DNA of 64,000 nt from Chitinophaga pinensis (GTDB taxonomy: Bacteria > Bacteroidota > Bacteroidia > Bacteroidales > GCA-2748055). The notes beneath the pieces are model-generated. The model did not search any database, was not told the origin of the DNA, and was given only the letters and a program-made list of their open reading frames with translations. Below, one piece after another: positions 1-10,089 of this stretch. The position numbers and the translations under genes were made by a program. The stretch lies in the NCBI GenBank assembly GCA_945863035.1, contig CAMAZH010000001.1:64420-128419 (forward strand), given 5' to 3'. Positions within the stretch are counted from its first letter, which is position 1, and each line of letters starts with the position of its first letter.

Positions 1-1
1 T

Positions 2-3000
2 TTAATTTTTTGAAAATAATTTTTGTATTTCCTGTTCTCCATAATTTATTCTAATAATAAATGTGCCTTTAGCAAAACTGCTGATGTCAATTTGAAACAG
101 CCCTTGTCTTTTTTCATTGGATTGATAGATTGTTTTCCCTGTAATATCTTCAATAATCAGCCGTTTAATATGTATATCTGCCCCATCAACGAATAATACA
201 TTATTTGCGGGGTTTGGGAAGATCTTCATCTCTTTGTTGTTTCGGATATCTTCTGTGCTTGTGGTAATAACAATATATTTTTTTGAAACTGATGCAGCTT
301 CACAATAGATGCTGTCGCCGCTAAGGGATGCTTCCAGCGTAACATTTACTCTGTTAGATAAAAGTACAAGCGTATCCCCATGCATCTCAATATTATTTCC
401 GGTTACTTTGATTATGGGCGTCAGACCAGAGCTTGACGTGATGTTAAAAATAAATTTATTGTCACCCAGCGATGTGGCATTTGCCGGCAGAGTTATAGAT
501 TGTATCAGACATATAGGACTGAGAAATTCACTGCCGATGATTGCATCCATACCGAATGGTGTCACCCATTTCACCGTAAGGTGGTCGTTGCCAAAGCCTT
601 CTTTCATAAGTGCTTCAATATAATAGGAGTGTCCGCCAACGAGTGTTATGGAATCTGATTTCTGTGTGTTAAATTTATCATATTCATATTGCCCGGTCCA
701 TCCGTTATGGTAGGCAATCTTTACTTTATTATAGGTGTCTGTGTCTGAACTTAACCACAACTCTACCTGGTCGTCTCCTGCAATATAGAAAATATAATCT
801 CCGGTATAGGGAGCACAAATGTACCCTCGCAGGCGTACGCCGAAATCATCCTGATTGAATGAGCCTACGTTCATGCTGTTTAGCGTATCGGTTTCGTGTG
901 GGGCAGTGTTTACAGGTATATCAGATACAGCGCTACCTGAGATGTCATTCCACTTCTCCAATGTAATATAGCCGGCAGCATCGGTACATTGGTGGTTTGG
1001 TAGCAATACATTGAATTTCCTCATGACCTTTACTGCTTCGCATGTAGATTCACTCCCGGCTTGAGTGGCTGTGATGCTTACTTTACCTACAATGCCTTCA
1101 AGTGTTACGGTATTTCCTGTCAGGGTCGCCGGTCCGCTGATGCTCAGAGATACAGGTAATCCTTTATCAGATATTGCGTTGATGGTAAAAGGACTGTCAG
1201 TTGCAATTTTATCGGGGATGGTATCAATGGTAATCACCTGTGGTGTGCAGTCATGTATGATGTTAAACGAATCCCGTATTCTTGACGGACATACGTTGAT
1301 ATCGCCGTCCAACGACACCCGGTATTTTACCGTACCTTTCCATCCGGTTAGTGTAATAGTATCCTGGCTTACCGTGGCAGGTCCTGATAGGATTGAATAG
1401 TTTAATAACCATACAGGGTCAGATGAGGCCATTATTTTAAATGGCTCTGCGGAGGATAAGGGATCAGCGATTGGTGTGAACATGATGACAGAGGGCTTAC
1501 AGACTTTCGTTTGGGTGAAGTTCATTTTGTCTATGCTCATGTTTCCTTCAATAATCAGGAGTTGCATTACGTGTATTCCGCTGTCCAGCGTGGCGGTTGT
1601 ATTTACCCTACTCCAGGCACCGGCTGTTTTGTCGAAACTGATCACATCGGCTGTGTCGATGCCATTGTAGATGAATTTTATTTTGTTGTTATCATGATCT
1701 GCTTTGACAACAAGTTCTACATCAAATATCCCTGCACTATTGATAAGCAGGGTATATTCCAACCATTCGCCTGTTACGGTATTGGTAATTGCGTATCCTC
1801 CAGTGTTAATTGTATCAATGTCAGGTCCATCGTGGCGATAAAAACCGTTCAGGTTAATGATGTCAGCATCATGGAATGCCTCACCGGGACAGCCACCATC
1901 ATAGTTTTCGGCTTCGATGGTGCCGGGAAGTTTGTTTGAGGAGAAGGCTGATTGTGGGATATTGCAAACAGGAACACTTATGTTGAGGTAGTCTATAATA
2001 AAACGCGAAGTGTTTTTGTTGGGATCTTTCCAGGGTTCTGCAATGCCTGTTATCAAAGCATTTTGTGTGGAGGAATATATCACATACGACTGAGCGGTCT
2101 GTGACCAGAGGCAGTAGGTAAGGTCGGGTGCCAGTACCAGAATGAATTGTTCTGCTTGTTGTGGTGTGTCTCCTGCAGCCACAAGTTTATCGCCGCTGAT
2201 GGTAATATATTTATTCTGCCCGATAGAGAATAGTGAGTATGTGCCATTTTCATTATCATACAAATAATATTGCTGATCAGCAGCCACGGTTGATGAGATT
2301 GGGTTGAGTGCGGTTGACGAAGCACTTACATTTTTGTTTTGCGACACGCTTTTTATGCTGATGGCTTTAATAACAGGAGGGGGTATTGCACCGGATACTT
2401 CACTGCCGGAGAATTTCCACCAGTTGAAATAGAAACCGCCGGTTTTGAAAACAAAAAACAAGTCATGAATACCGGTCGCACCGCTAACAGCTGTGCTTAT
2501 GGTCTGAAATGATTCATCACCTCCGGTGGCCGGTATATTAATAGTTCCGACAAGAGTACCATTCAGAGAGTCTAAGCGAATCTCAATCTGTCCGTTGCTG
2601 TTTTGAGAAGCCACGCGTGTTTCAACGGTAGTGGCTCCTTCACCAAAATCCACCCCGAAAACTTTTATCCAGTCGTTGTGGTTGATACTTCCCACCTTTT
2701 GTTCATTATAGACTCCATCGTCATTTGTTTTATAAACCTCTATACCCGACTCCCTGCCAATGGTTTCCGCTTCCTGTCGGATAAAAGGGTTGAGGTATTT
2801 TACCTGCTTCAGACCTTCCTGAGTAACTGTCTGGGGCACAAAGGTGCCATCCGGATTGAAATAGATCCGGTCAAGACCAACATTTCTGTGGAATCCACAT
2901 TGGTCGGTCTGATCCGCCAATACCAATCCGTGATATACATTATACCAGTTGCCCTGATAGTTGAAAACAAAAGGTTGTGAGTTGCCACCCGGCGTAAAAC

Positions 3001-3721
3001 CCATAAACCGACCAAAGGGTCCCCCAGGTTCTATGATGGGTCCGGCAGGGGTTTCCAAAAATGTGTAACGATGAAACCATAAGCCCTGCATGGGTTCGGT
3101 AGCCCACATATCTTCATCGCGGAAAGTCTGGTACATATAATAATATTTTCCATTGAAATAACCTAAGTGTGGTGCCTCATAAGAATCTTTCATGGCTGCA
3201 TAGCCACTTTCTTTCTCAAACTCATACATATTTTGTTTTAGCTTCCTCATGTCTCCGCTGGGGAAGGTACACCAAGGGGTACCATCTTCGTCAATCATCA
3301 CGCCGATATCCACCACATGACCGTTCGCCATCAGGCTCCCTCGTTTGTCTTCCCATGGACCAAAGGGAGTGTCAGACTCCACCACGCCGGTTCCTACCAT
3401 CGGCTCACAAAAGTAAATGTAGAACTTGCCATTGTGATGCACGAATTCAGGTGCCCAAAACTGTGAGTTGATATATGGGATGTCCGACGGATGAATAATA
3501 ATCCCATGGTCGGTCCAGTTGAGCAGGTCGTCGGACGAAATCAGGTTGTACCCGCCCATTATCGGGGCACAAGGATCTGTGTCATGCGATGTAAGCATGT
3601 AAACTCTTCCATTATAAACTATTACACTGGCATCTGCAGTGAAACGTTGACTGAAAATAATCCAGTTTGCCTGAACTTGAATTGTGCAGACAAGCAGAAA
3701 CATAAAAATTAAATTTTTCAT
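2..3721 (-). CDS. Secreted multidomain glycoside hydrolase: GH43-like catalytic domain, CBM6-like modules, Ig-like repeats, PA14-like domain, T9SS C-terminal sorting domain
   Basis: ORF 2..3847 trimmed to the ATG at 3719..3721, which gives the signal peptide MKNLIFMFLLVCTIQVQA; the 42 upstream codons are not signal-like. GH43-type motifs: ADASVIVYNGRVYMLTSHD, FWAPEFVHHNGKFYIYF, YEAPHLGYFNGKYYYMY. CBM6-like blocks: NDWIKVFGVDFGEG..IEIRLDS and LPGTIEAENYDGGCPGEAFHD. PA14-like block: GVRLRGYICAPYTGDYIFYIAGDDQVELWL..YYIEALMKEGFGNDHLTVKW. The C-terminal FPNPANNVLFV..GTFIIRINYG matches a T9SS sorting domain. Stop TAA at 2..4. Confidence 0.85.
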   Translation of the reverse strand: MKNLIFMFLLVCTIQVQANWIIFSQRFTADASVIVYNGRVYMLTSHDTDPCAPIMGGYNLISSDDLLNWTDHGIIIHPSDIPYINSQFWAPEFVHHNGKFYIYFCEPMVGTGVVESDTPFGPWEDKRGSLMANGHVVDIGVMIDEDGTPWCTFPSGDMRKLKQNMYEFEKESGYAAMKDSYEAPHLGYFNGKYYYMYQTFRDEDMWATEPMQGLWFHRYTFLETPAGPIIEPGGPFGRFMGFTPGGNSQPFVFNYQGNWYNVYHGLVLADQTDQCGFHRNVGLDRIYFNPDGTFVPQTVTQEGLKQVKYLNPFIRQEAETIGRESGIEVYKTNDDGVYNEQKVGSINHNDWIKVFGVDFGEGATTVETRVASQNSNGQIEIRLDSLNGTLVGTINIPATGGDESFQTISTAVSGATGIHDLFFVFKTGGFYFNWWKFSGSEVSGAIPPPVIKAISIKSVSQNKNVSASSTALNPISSTVAADQQYYLYDNENGTYSLFSIGQNKYITISGDKLVAAGDTPQQAEQFILVLAPDLTYCLWSQTAQSYVIYSSTQNALITGIAEPWKDPNKNTSRFIIDYLNISVPVCNIPQSAFSSNKLPGTIEAENYDGGCPGEAFHDADIINLNGFYRHDGPDIDTINTGGYAITNTVTGEWLEYTLLINSAGIFDVELVVKADHDNNKIKFIYNGIDTADVISFDKTAGAWSRVNTTATLDSGIHVMQLLIIEGNMSIDKMNFTQTKVCKPSVIMFTPIADPLSSAEPFKIMASSDPVWLLNYSILSGPATVSQDTITLTGWKGTVKYRVSLDGDINVCPSRIRDSFNIIHDCTPQVITIDTIPDKIATDSPFTINAISDKGLPVSLSISGPATLTGNTVTLEGIVGKVSITATQAGSESTCEAVKVMRKFNVLLPNHQCTDAAGYITLEKWNDISGSAVSDIPVNTAPHETDTLNSMNVGSFNQDDFGVRLRGYICAPYTGDYIFYIAGDDQVELWLSSDTDTYNKVKIAYHNGWTGQYEYDKFNTQKSDSITLVGGHSYYIEALMKEGFGNDHLTVKWVTPFGMDAIIGSEFLSPICLIQSITLPANATSLGDNKFIFNITSSSGLTPIIKVTGNNIEMHGDTLVLLSNRVNVTLEASLSGDSIYCEAASVSKKYIVITTSTEDIRNNKEMKIFPNPANNVLFVDGADIHIKRLIIEDITGKTIYQSNEKRQGLFQIDISSFAKGTFIIRINYGEQEIQKLFSKN

Positions 3722-3852
3722 TTGCTTTTTATTCTTTAATCCTCCTACGTGTTCTCCTTCGGAGGATGCGAAGGAAGTGGTTAAACTCCCCGATCCTCTG
3801 CATCGGAAATAAAGAGTCCAGAGTTTTACTCCGGGGTTTAATACCATTTATT

Positions 3853-6800
3853 CTATTTCTTAATAATTATTTTTTTAGGAATGATTCCGTCTCCCGTTTT
3901 ACACTTGATAAAATACATTCCGTTTTGTAATTGGCCAAGATCAAGGATTAAAGATTCTGTATTTGTTTGATTTATTTGGTAGACCACTTTGCCCAGCATA
4001 TCGCTAATTGTTATTTCGCTGATCTGCAACTCAAAATTCGAAATATAAAGCACATCTTTTGCCGGGTTTGGGTACATCTGGATTTCCGGGTTCGCATTGG
4101 ATGCTTCTGCGCCGGTTGGTTTGCTGAGGTTGAAAACCTGTAATTTGTCCACTGCCCTGCAATACTCCTCGTCTCCTGCCTGGGAGGCTTTTATGGTGAC
4201 CCTTACCCTTTCTGCATTAATAGTGATTGTATCTCCGTTAAGAGATGCATCTCCGGCTGTTAGTTGGAGTGAAACAGGAAGGCCGGATGAAGAAGAAGAT
4301 TGTAAAAGGAATCTGTTTCCACCCAAAGATGAGAAAGTGGAATTTAAGGTAATGGTTTGTATCTTGCAGGGTAAACTCAGGAACTCACCGGGAATTACCT
4401 CGTTAATGCCGTAAATCGTTGCCCATCTGACAGCCAGGTTATCTCCTCCTGCCCATTCTTTCATAAGTGCTTCAATGTAATATTTTTGGCCGCCGGTAAG
4501 TGCAACAGGTGCCGAGGTCTGCTCAGGAAATTTGTTCCATTGATACTCATCGGCCCAACCAGGAACATATGCGATCCGTTGTTTGTTGGTTTTAGTATCA
4601 TCGGTACTCAGCCAGAGTTCACCGTTATCATCGCTTGCAATGGAGAACACATACTCAGCAGTATAGGGTGCGCACAGGAATCCACTCAGTCTCACACCGT
4701 ATTTATCGCCTGTATTGGTAGGAATCTCCATTTTCGTTAAGGTATTGGTGGTATTGGGAATCTGGTTCAACGGAATACTGCTTATCCCATCGCCTTCAAT
4801 ACCAGTCCACTTTTCCATTAGTATCAAACCCTCCGTTCCGGTACATTGGTGTGCCGGCATTTTAACCATTATGTTAAGGAAGGTATCTTCAACCGGGCAA
4901 TATGCAGCATTTCCCTCTTGCGTGGCATTAAATTTAAGCGTTCCCAGCACACCATCAAGTGTTACAACATTCCCGTTTAGTGTAGCAGGCCCCGACCGTA
5001 TTCCCAGTTCAACAGGTAATCCGGAATTTGCTGTTGCCGTTACAACAAACCCGGGACTGTCTGCAAAAATTGCAGGAAGAGGATTGTAGCTTATAGTCTG
5101 AGCTAAGCAATCGTGAATAATGGTAAACGAGCGTTCTTTGCTGGCGGGACAATACATATCGTTACCCGGTTGGCTTGCCATTACGGTTACACTCCCTTTA
5201 TAATAACTGAGCAGGAGAGTATCTTTGTTAATCGTTGCGGGTCCTGAAACAATACTGAAAAACACCGGCAGTATGGAAGGCACGGATGCATGCAGGCTTA
5301 TCTTTGGAACGCTGGACATGATATCAGGGATTGAATCAAAAACCACACCTTGCGGAGTGCAGGTATCCAGTAGGGAAAATGAAAACCGGTCAAGAAATAG
5401 TCCATTGTCAGCCTGATCAATATTAACCCTCATTAGCTGTTTTCCCGCGTGGAGAATTATCGTGTCGGAAACTGAAATCAGGTTTTGCTTTCCACCTGTA
5501 TTGTTAACCAAGATACTCCTGGTTTTAGTCAAATCATCAAATGAAACATGAAAGGTGTTATTGTCTTTGGCGGCAGCTACAATCATATCGAGTTTGTAAA
5601 TACCTGAAGTATCGGCAAAAATCGTGTATTCAAGCCATTCTCCGCGGGTAATGCTGCTAACCGCATATCCATCAGTGATAGTATCAATATCCACCCCGTC
5701 GTTTCTGAAAAAGCCATCTTCATTTGTGAAAAAAGCATCGCGCCAGGCTTTGCCATGACAGCCATTATCATAGTTTTCAGCTTCAATGATTCCGGGAATA
5801 GTATGTGGATTAAACGATGACTGCTCTTCATCACAGCTTACTGTTAATCCCCATGCATCGAGATCCATGCTGCCGTCAAAAACGATCTTCACAATGTGAT
5901 TGCCTTCAGACAGGTGGATTTTGTTGGATACAAACAGAAATTCCTCAAATTCACCACCGGTTGATGGCAGCTGAAGTATGCCAGTCTCGTCGACACCATC
6001 CACTTCAATATGAAAAGCACCGCTATTGTCTTTTGCATAGGCATAAACAACAGGTGTGTACAATCCTTCGGATGCAGCAAAAACAGAATACGCCAGCCAT
6101 TCACCGGCAGAAGTATTGCCAATGGAAATTCCTTTATTGTCAGGTAGATAGTCCATATCTACAGCATCGTTTCTGTACTGATATGCCCAGCCGATATGTT
6201 TTGTGGTATTGTCGTGGAATCCATTTCCTTCGCCGCCGTTGTTATAGTTTTCTGCTTCAATTATTCCGGGGAGGTTATATGGAACGCCGCCGAAGGCCGA
6301 TTGATCCTGAAGTTCCGAAAAACGGTAACTCAATCTGGTTTGGGGTGCAGCATCACCGTTTTCCCAGAAGTCCATGGCTGTTGGGTTGGCCGATAAACAA
6401 TTGTCGCTCCATTTAAAGTCGAAAGCCAGAGAAGTCTGATTCATCCCCAGCATGATTCTGGGAATTGATATTTCGAGTTCATTTCCCGCTGTTTTAAAAA
6501 TCCCATTTGATACCTGGCTCCAGTTGCCGTTATCATAAGCATCTATTGAACAATTAACACCATCGCGTAAGTAATTGATGCGCAAATCATAGCCTTCCCA
6601 TCCGGTGTTTTTTCTTCTGTCAGTATCAATAAACAGAACCATCCATTGCGAGTCGGTTGACGGAGAGAGTGCAGCTTTGGTTTTTACATAAAAGAAAACA
6701 TTTTCCGGGTTAAAGGCAGCGCGACTTTCTATTATGTCGTTTCGTGCAGTATTGTTTTTATACCATAGAATTTCTTTCGTACCTTCTATATATGTTGGAT

Positions 6801-8226
6801 TACCGCGGAAATCCCTGTTTGAAATGTCGTCCGGAGCATCCAGGTAAACAGGTTTCACTTCAGCCCATTCGGTGAAAGAACCGTCAATAATAATTTCTGT
6901 TGGTCCATTTGGCATTTCCGGTCGCGTCATACCTTTATGGATGCGCAGGTGACCAGCTGTTTGCCAGTAATAGTTATCTTTATACAGGTCTTTCATGGGT
7001 TCGAGGTCACCGGAGAATTCAGGATTGAACATATCAATAAATACCCCTTCGCCCTTGTCCGCATTTACTGGTTTCCCCAACCAGTTCATGTTGGTTTCCC
7101 TCCAACAGGCGGCCCACCATTCATTGTATCGTGCTGCAAGAACCATAGGAGCACCCGAGGCATGCGCATTATTCCAGTCTCTTTCGTTTCGCAAACCCTT
7201 GTCCACATCGGGAGTAAGCCACCGACTGTTGTAGTTTGAAATGTCAAGATTGTAACCCTCAACGCTTGTCGTTCCTTTAGTTTGTAGCCCATCGAAAATC
7301 GGGGCTCCAACCGCTTTACCCGTTCCATAGCATTCAATATTCCCAGCCAGGTCATAAGCGGGGAATGTGCCCCAGGTGTTCCATACGTGTTTCCATTCAG
7401 GTTGTGTTCCGGGCATATCAAAGATTACCCGGAAGGTGAAAATTTCCTTGAATTTACGAAGCAGGGCAGGGTCACTGAACTTCGTGGAATCAAGGTCTTT
7501 GGTATAACCAACTCTAAATCCAGGGGTTGTATTGGGCATGCTTCGGTCGAGTCCGGCCATAATATGTACCATAGGTCTGTCCTGATAATAGAATAGCATA
7601 TTATCGTATTTATGGTCTTTATAAATCAGGTTATAGCAAAACTCCATAGATTGTTCAATATCGGTACTTAACCAGATAGATATTCGGGGAACAGGAACAC
7701 CTTGATTCTGGAGTTCAGTGCCTATTTCCAGGTATTGTTTCAATATAGCCCAGTTCTCGCTTTCTGAAGGGTTCCAGTTATTCCATCCTCCTCCACCATT
7801 GGTGAAATCCCAAAAAACATATTCAAAACCGGCAGTTCCCATGTCAACCAATTGCTTTCGGATAACCCATGGGTCAGCCCCATGATAGTAACCACACCAT
7901 GGCTCGGCCCACGACCAGTTTGGATAAATCAGACTCCCGGCAGGATCAAACTCAAACCGTCGGTTAAAAGGATTGTTGGTTAAAAATTTGTTTACATCGT
8001 AATAATTGCCAATGCGATTGTTCCAGCCGGGAAACGCGCTGAACAGTGTTCCAAACCAACGGTCTTCCCTTGGCGCGCCTGCTTCAGCCCATGTAGGCAG
8101 ATGGCGACCCAGCATATCGGTTCCTACGGTGCCTGTCCATGGAATCACTTGCGCAGGAGTGGATTTCTGCCCATATATTGCTGAACATGCAACAAAAAAC
8201 AAAGAGATTAAAAATGTTCTAGCCAT
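3853..8226 (-). CDS. Secreted multidomain protein: unassigned GH-like N-terminal region (paralogue of 25145..26923 and 39838..41685), two CBM6-like modules, Ig-like repeats, PA14-like domain, T9SS sorting domain
   Basis: Signal peptide MARTFLISLFFVACSAIYGQ. Residues about 20-640 share colinear motifs with the 592-aa and 615-aa proteins: ADPWVIRKQL..FWDFTNGG, FNPEFSGDLEPM, ARNDIIESR..LFIDTDRRKNTGWEGYD, GDAAPQTRLSY. CBM6-like: GIIEAENYNNGGEGNGFHD and GIIEAENYDNGCHGKAWRD. PA14-like: GVRLSGFLCAPYTAEYVFSIASDDNGELWL..YYIEALMKEWAGGDNLAVRW. Sorting domain: MYPNPAKDVLYIS..GMYFIKCK. Confidence 0.85.
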   Translation of the reverse strand: MARTFLISLFFVACSAIYGQKSTPAQVIPWTGTVGTDMLGRHLPTWAEAGAPREDRWFGTLFSAFPGWNNRIGNYYDVNKFLTNNPFNRRFEFDPAGSLIYPNWSWAEPWCGYYHGADPWVIRKQLVDMGTAGFEYVFWDFTNGGGGWNNWNPSESENWAILKQYLEIGTELQNQGVPVPRISIWLSTDIEQSMEFCYNLIYKDHKYDNMLFYYQDRPMVHIMAGLDRSMPNTTPGFRVGYTKDLDSTKFSDPALLRKFKEIFTFRVIFDMPGTQPEWKHVWNTWGTFPAYDLAGNIECYGTGKAVGAPIFDGLQTKGTTSVEGYNLDISNYNSRWLTPDVDKGLRNERDWNNAHASGAPMVLAARYNEWWAACWRETNMNWLGKPVNADKGEGVFIDMFNPEFSGDLEPMKDLYKDNYYWQTAGHLRIHKGMTRPEMPNGPTEIIIDGSFTEWAEVKPVYLDAPDDISNRDFRGNPTYIEGTKEILWYKNNTARNDIIESRAAFNPENVFFYVKTKAALSPSTDSQWMVLFIDTDRRKNTGWEGYDLRINYLRDGVNCSIDAYDNGNWSQVSNGIFKTAGNELEISIPRIMLGMNQTSLAFDFKWSDNCLSANPTAMDFWENGDAAPQTRLSYRFSELQDQSAFGGVPYNLPGIIEAENYNNGGEGNGFHDNTTKHIGWAYQYRNDAVDMDYLPDNKGISIGNTSAGEWLAYSVFAASEGLYTPVVYAYAKDNSGAFHIEVDGVDETGILQLPSTGGEFEEFLFVSNKIHLSEGNHIVKIVFDGSMDLDAWGLTVSCDEEQSSFNPHTIPGIIEAENYDNGCHGKAWRDAFFTNEDGFFRNDGVDIDTITDGYAVSSITRGEWLEYTIFADTSGIYKLDMIVAAAKDNNTFHVSFDDLTKTRSILVNNTGGKQNLISVSDTIILHAGKQLMRVNIDQADNGLFLDRFSFSLLDTCTPQGVVFDSIPDIMSSVPKISLHASVPSILPVFFSIVSGPATINKDTLLLSYYKGSVTVMASQPGNDMYCPASKERSFTIIHDCLAQTISYNPLPAIFADSPGFVVTATANSGLPVELGIRSGPATLNGNVVTLDGVLGTLKFNATQEGNAAYCPVEDTFLNIMVKMPAHQCTGTEGLILMEKWTGIEGDGISSIPLNQIPNTTNTLTKMEIPTNTGDKYGVRLSGFLCAPYTAEYVFSIASDDNGELWLSTDDTKTNKQRIAYVPGWADEYQWNKFPEQTSAPVALTGGQKYYIEALMKEWAGGDNLAVRWATIYGINEVIPGEFLSLPCKIQTITLNSTFSSLGGNRFLLQSSSSSGLPVSLQLTAGDASLNGDTITINAERVRVTIKASQAGDEEYCRAVDKLQVFNLSKPTGAEASNANPEIQMYPNPAKDVLYISNFELQISEITISDMLGKVVYQINQTNTESLILDLGQLQNGMYFIKCKTGDGIIPKKIIIKK

Positions 8227-8388
8227 AATATGCCGAGTGTTTAATAGGGTTTTAAACAGTTGAAAAGCATCATTGTACGATACTTCTTATAGTTTATCCA
8301 AAGGTAATGATATTCAAAGCCCTAAGTAATGCACTACTTGGGCATTATCTTGCACCAAATATACCTGGCTTCAAGTGAAATGTGTTTC

Positions 8389-10089
8389 TTACTTTTTGAT
8401 AATAAATTTTTCAGTCGAAATTTCATTACCAGTTTTTATCTGTAATAGATACATACCTTCCGGGAAGTCAGAGACGCTTATACTTGATGTATTTGTTACA
8501 GATTTGATTTTCCTGCCGCTGATTTCATAAATATGAATTTCATCTGCCTGCTTACTTATCCTGATATTATCATTAACCGGGTTTGGATAAATTGAGAAGG
8601 TTGAAGCTTTCTGTTTGTCGGCGATTCCGGTGCCTAATGAAAGTTTTTCAGTGCTTCCGCTATGCATATGGATATCAACAGCAATCTTGTTTGCTTCCCA
8701 AATGGCTTTTTTTTCAGGAAACCAGTTCAGGTCGCCAAGGGGGAGCCCTTCGATGGATGCGCTTAACAACTGGGGATTTTTGTATTTTCCGTTAAAGACA
8801 GGCCATGCCTGATTATATGACGGGTCGCCATCGAGATCCCAATGCCAGTTTGCCCATTTCGAAGCCGGAGGATACTGGTCGGAGGGGTAACCCATATCAC
8901 CGGTCTGGGTTGCGTAATTCATCCATGAAACCAGGGAGTCAGACATTTTATAAATTAGTTCGTCTTCCCATTGTGGATCTATATTTTCAAGGTTATTACC
9001 CAGCTGGAAATTCGGAAAACTTACTTTGTCATTGAATATGGCAGTTTCTCTTGAAACCCCGCTTGAGTCAACCGGCCAAACCCAGGGTAGCAGATAGAGA
9101 GGCGATTTCCCATCGGCGGCACCTTTGGTATTCAAATCGTTAAGAAGGGTAGTGAATCCCGGATTCCGGTATAGCATATTATACTGGATATATTGCACTC
9201 TTTCAGAGGGAAGCGTTTCACCAGGAATAGTATCGGCGAATATCAGTCCGACATTCGGAGCTGCAGCATCCATTGCAGGCAACGAGGTATTCCATGAACG
9301 CGGAACAAGCCGGGTTGCAACATCGAACATCAGGTTGTTGGTCCAATAGAATTCTTCTTCCCACACTCCCCAGTCTATCATGCATTTAACCAATGCGATG
9401 GTATTGTGGTTAAATTTTTCATAACCATGCTTGTTATGATTAAAATTGCTGTTGTGAATACCTGAACCAATGCATACAAAAGTGTTGTTTTCAACATAGA
9501 TGGTATCGTATCCTATGTCGCCATTACCATTCCAGTGATCAAAAACAAAGCCATCCCACAAACCGGTTCGATGTCCCTGCCTTACAACGAGATTATCGGT
9601 AAAGTAAGTCTTAGTAGAGGCTGAAGTGACTTTTATACCGTTTCCCTTGGAGATAGGGTCCAGAATACAATTCTGAATAATAATCCGGCCATTGTCCTTG
9701 CTCTGGTTTATACATTCCTGGGCAACGACACCGCCAAGGTCAGCATTCACGACATAAACGTTTTTAAGAGTAAAATCACCCTTGATATCAAACATTTTAC
9801 TGAATACAGCTCCTCCTGCATCGATGTTGGTTTGGAGGGTTGCGGGCATTTTTCCTCCGGAAGGTACTTCTCCGATGATCTGCAGATGGTAATCAACAAT
9901 TTCAATTATTTCATCCAGTTGATACCAGGATTCTGCTCTTAGCTGGTATATTTTGTTACCTCCGTTGGCTTTAATTGCAGCATTTAAGGTTCCAACTCCG
10001 GGCTCAACGATCAGAATGTCCTGAGAGCTGACATTCATGCAAAAAAACAATACCAGCAAGGCCGGGAAAAAATTTAGTTTTCTTTTCAT
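8389..10089 (-). CDS. T9SS-sorted beta-helix-like protein encoded directly downstream of a TonB-dependent transporter (function unknown; candidate surface glycan-binding protein or depolymerase)
   Basis: ORF 8389..10131 trimmed to the ATG at 10087..10089. The resulting N-terminus MKRKLNFFPALLVLFFCMNVSSQD aligns with MRKINSLFILLAAFMIQMNVSAQD of the paralogue at 57276. Rung-like repeats typical of right-handed parallel beta-helices: FTLKNVYVVNAD, IIIQNCILDP, TYFTDNLVV, IYVENNTFVCIG, FNHNTIALV, FYWTNNLMFDV. The C-terminal IYPNPVNDNIRIS..GMYLLQIKTG..KFIIKK matches a T9SS sorting domain. No lipobox Cys and no TPR/SusD-like character. Confidence 0.8.
   Translation of the reverse strand: MKRKLNFFPALLVLFFCMNVSSQDILIVEPGVGTLNAAIKANGGNKIYQLRAESWYQLDEIIEIVDYHLQIIGEVPSGGKMPATLQTNIDAGGAVFSKMFDIKGDFTLKNVYVVNADLGGVVAQECINQSKDNGRIIIQNCILDPISKGNGIKVTSASTKTYFTDNLVVRQGHRTGLWDGFVFDHWNGNGDIGYDTIYVENNTFVCIGSGIHNSNFNHNKHGYEKFNHNTIALVKCMIDWGVWEEEFYWTNNLMFDVATRLVPRSWNTSLPAMDAAAPNVGLIFADTIPGETLPSERVQYIQYNMLYRNPGFTTLLNDLNTKGAADGKSPLYLLPWVWPVDSSGVSRETAIFNDKVSFPNFQLGNNLENIDPQWEDELIYKMSDSLVSWMNYATQTGDMGYPSDQYPPASKWANWHWDLDGDPSYNQAWPVFNGKYKNPQLLSASIEGLPLGDLNWFPEKKAIWEANKIAVDIHMHSGSTEKLSLGTGIADKQKASTFSIYPNPVNDNIRISKQADEIHIYEISGRKIKSVTNTSSISVSDFPEGMYLLQIKTGNEISTEKFIIKK

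Noticed and set aside
3722-3847. A 42-codon N-terminal extension of the first ORF in the track (MVLNPGVKLW...).
   Set aside because: The extension has no signal-peptide character. The internal ATG at 3719..3721 gives a classic signal peptide (MKNLIFMFLLVCTIQVQA), so the shorter gene model is preferred.
5817-6416. Many 60-200-aa ORFs in the track lie inside or antisense to the long genes. Examples: 5817..6416 +, 11049..11507 +, 19506..20066 +, 33278..33763 -, 37372..37923 -, 45810..46292 +, 53382..53777 -.
   Set aside because: All are nested within much longer ORFs that have clear domain content. They have low-complexity or odd composition and no start context or homology signal that I can see. 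I treat them as shadow ORFs.
8319-8343. Imperfect hairpin (gccc-t-aagta / tacttgggc) between the beta-helix gene and the 1457-aa gene.
   Set aside because: It has a bulged stem, and only a partial T-rich tail (TTTGAATA) follows on the minus strand. It could be an attenuator, but the support is weak.
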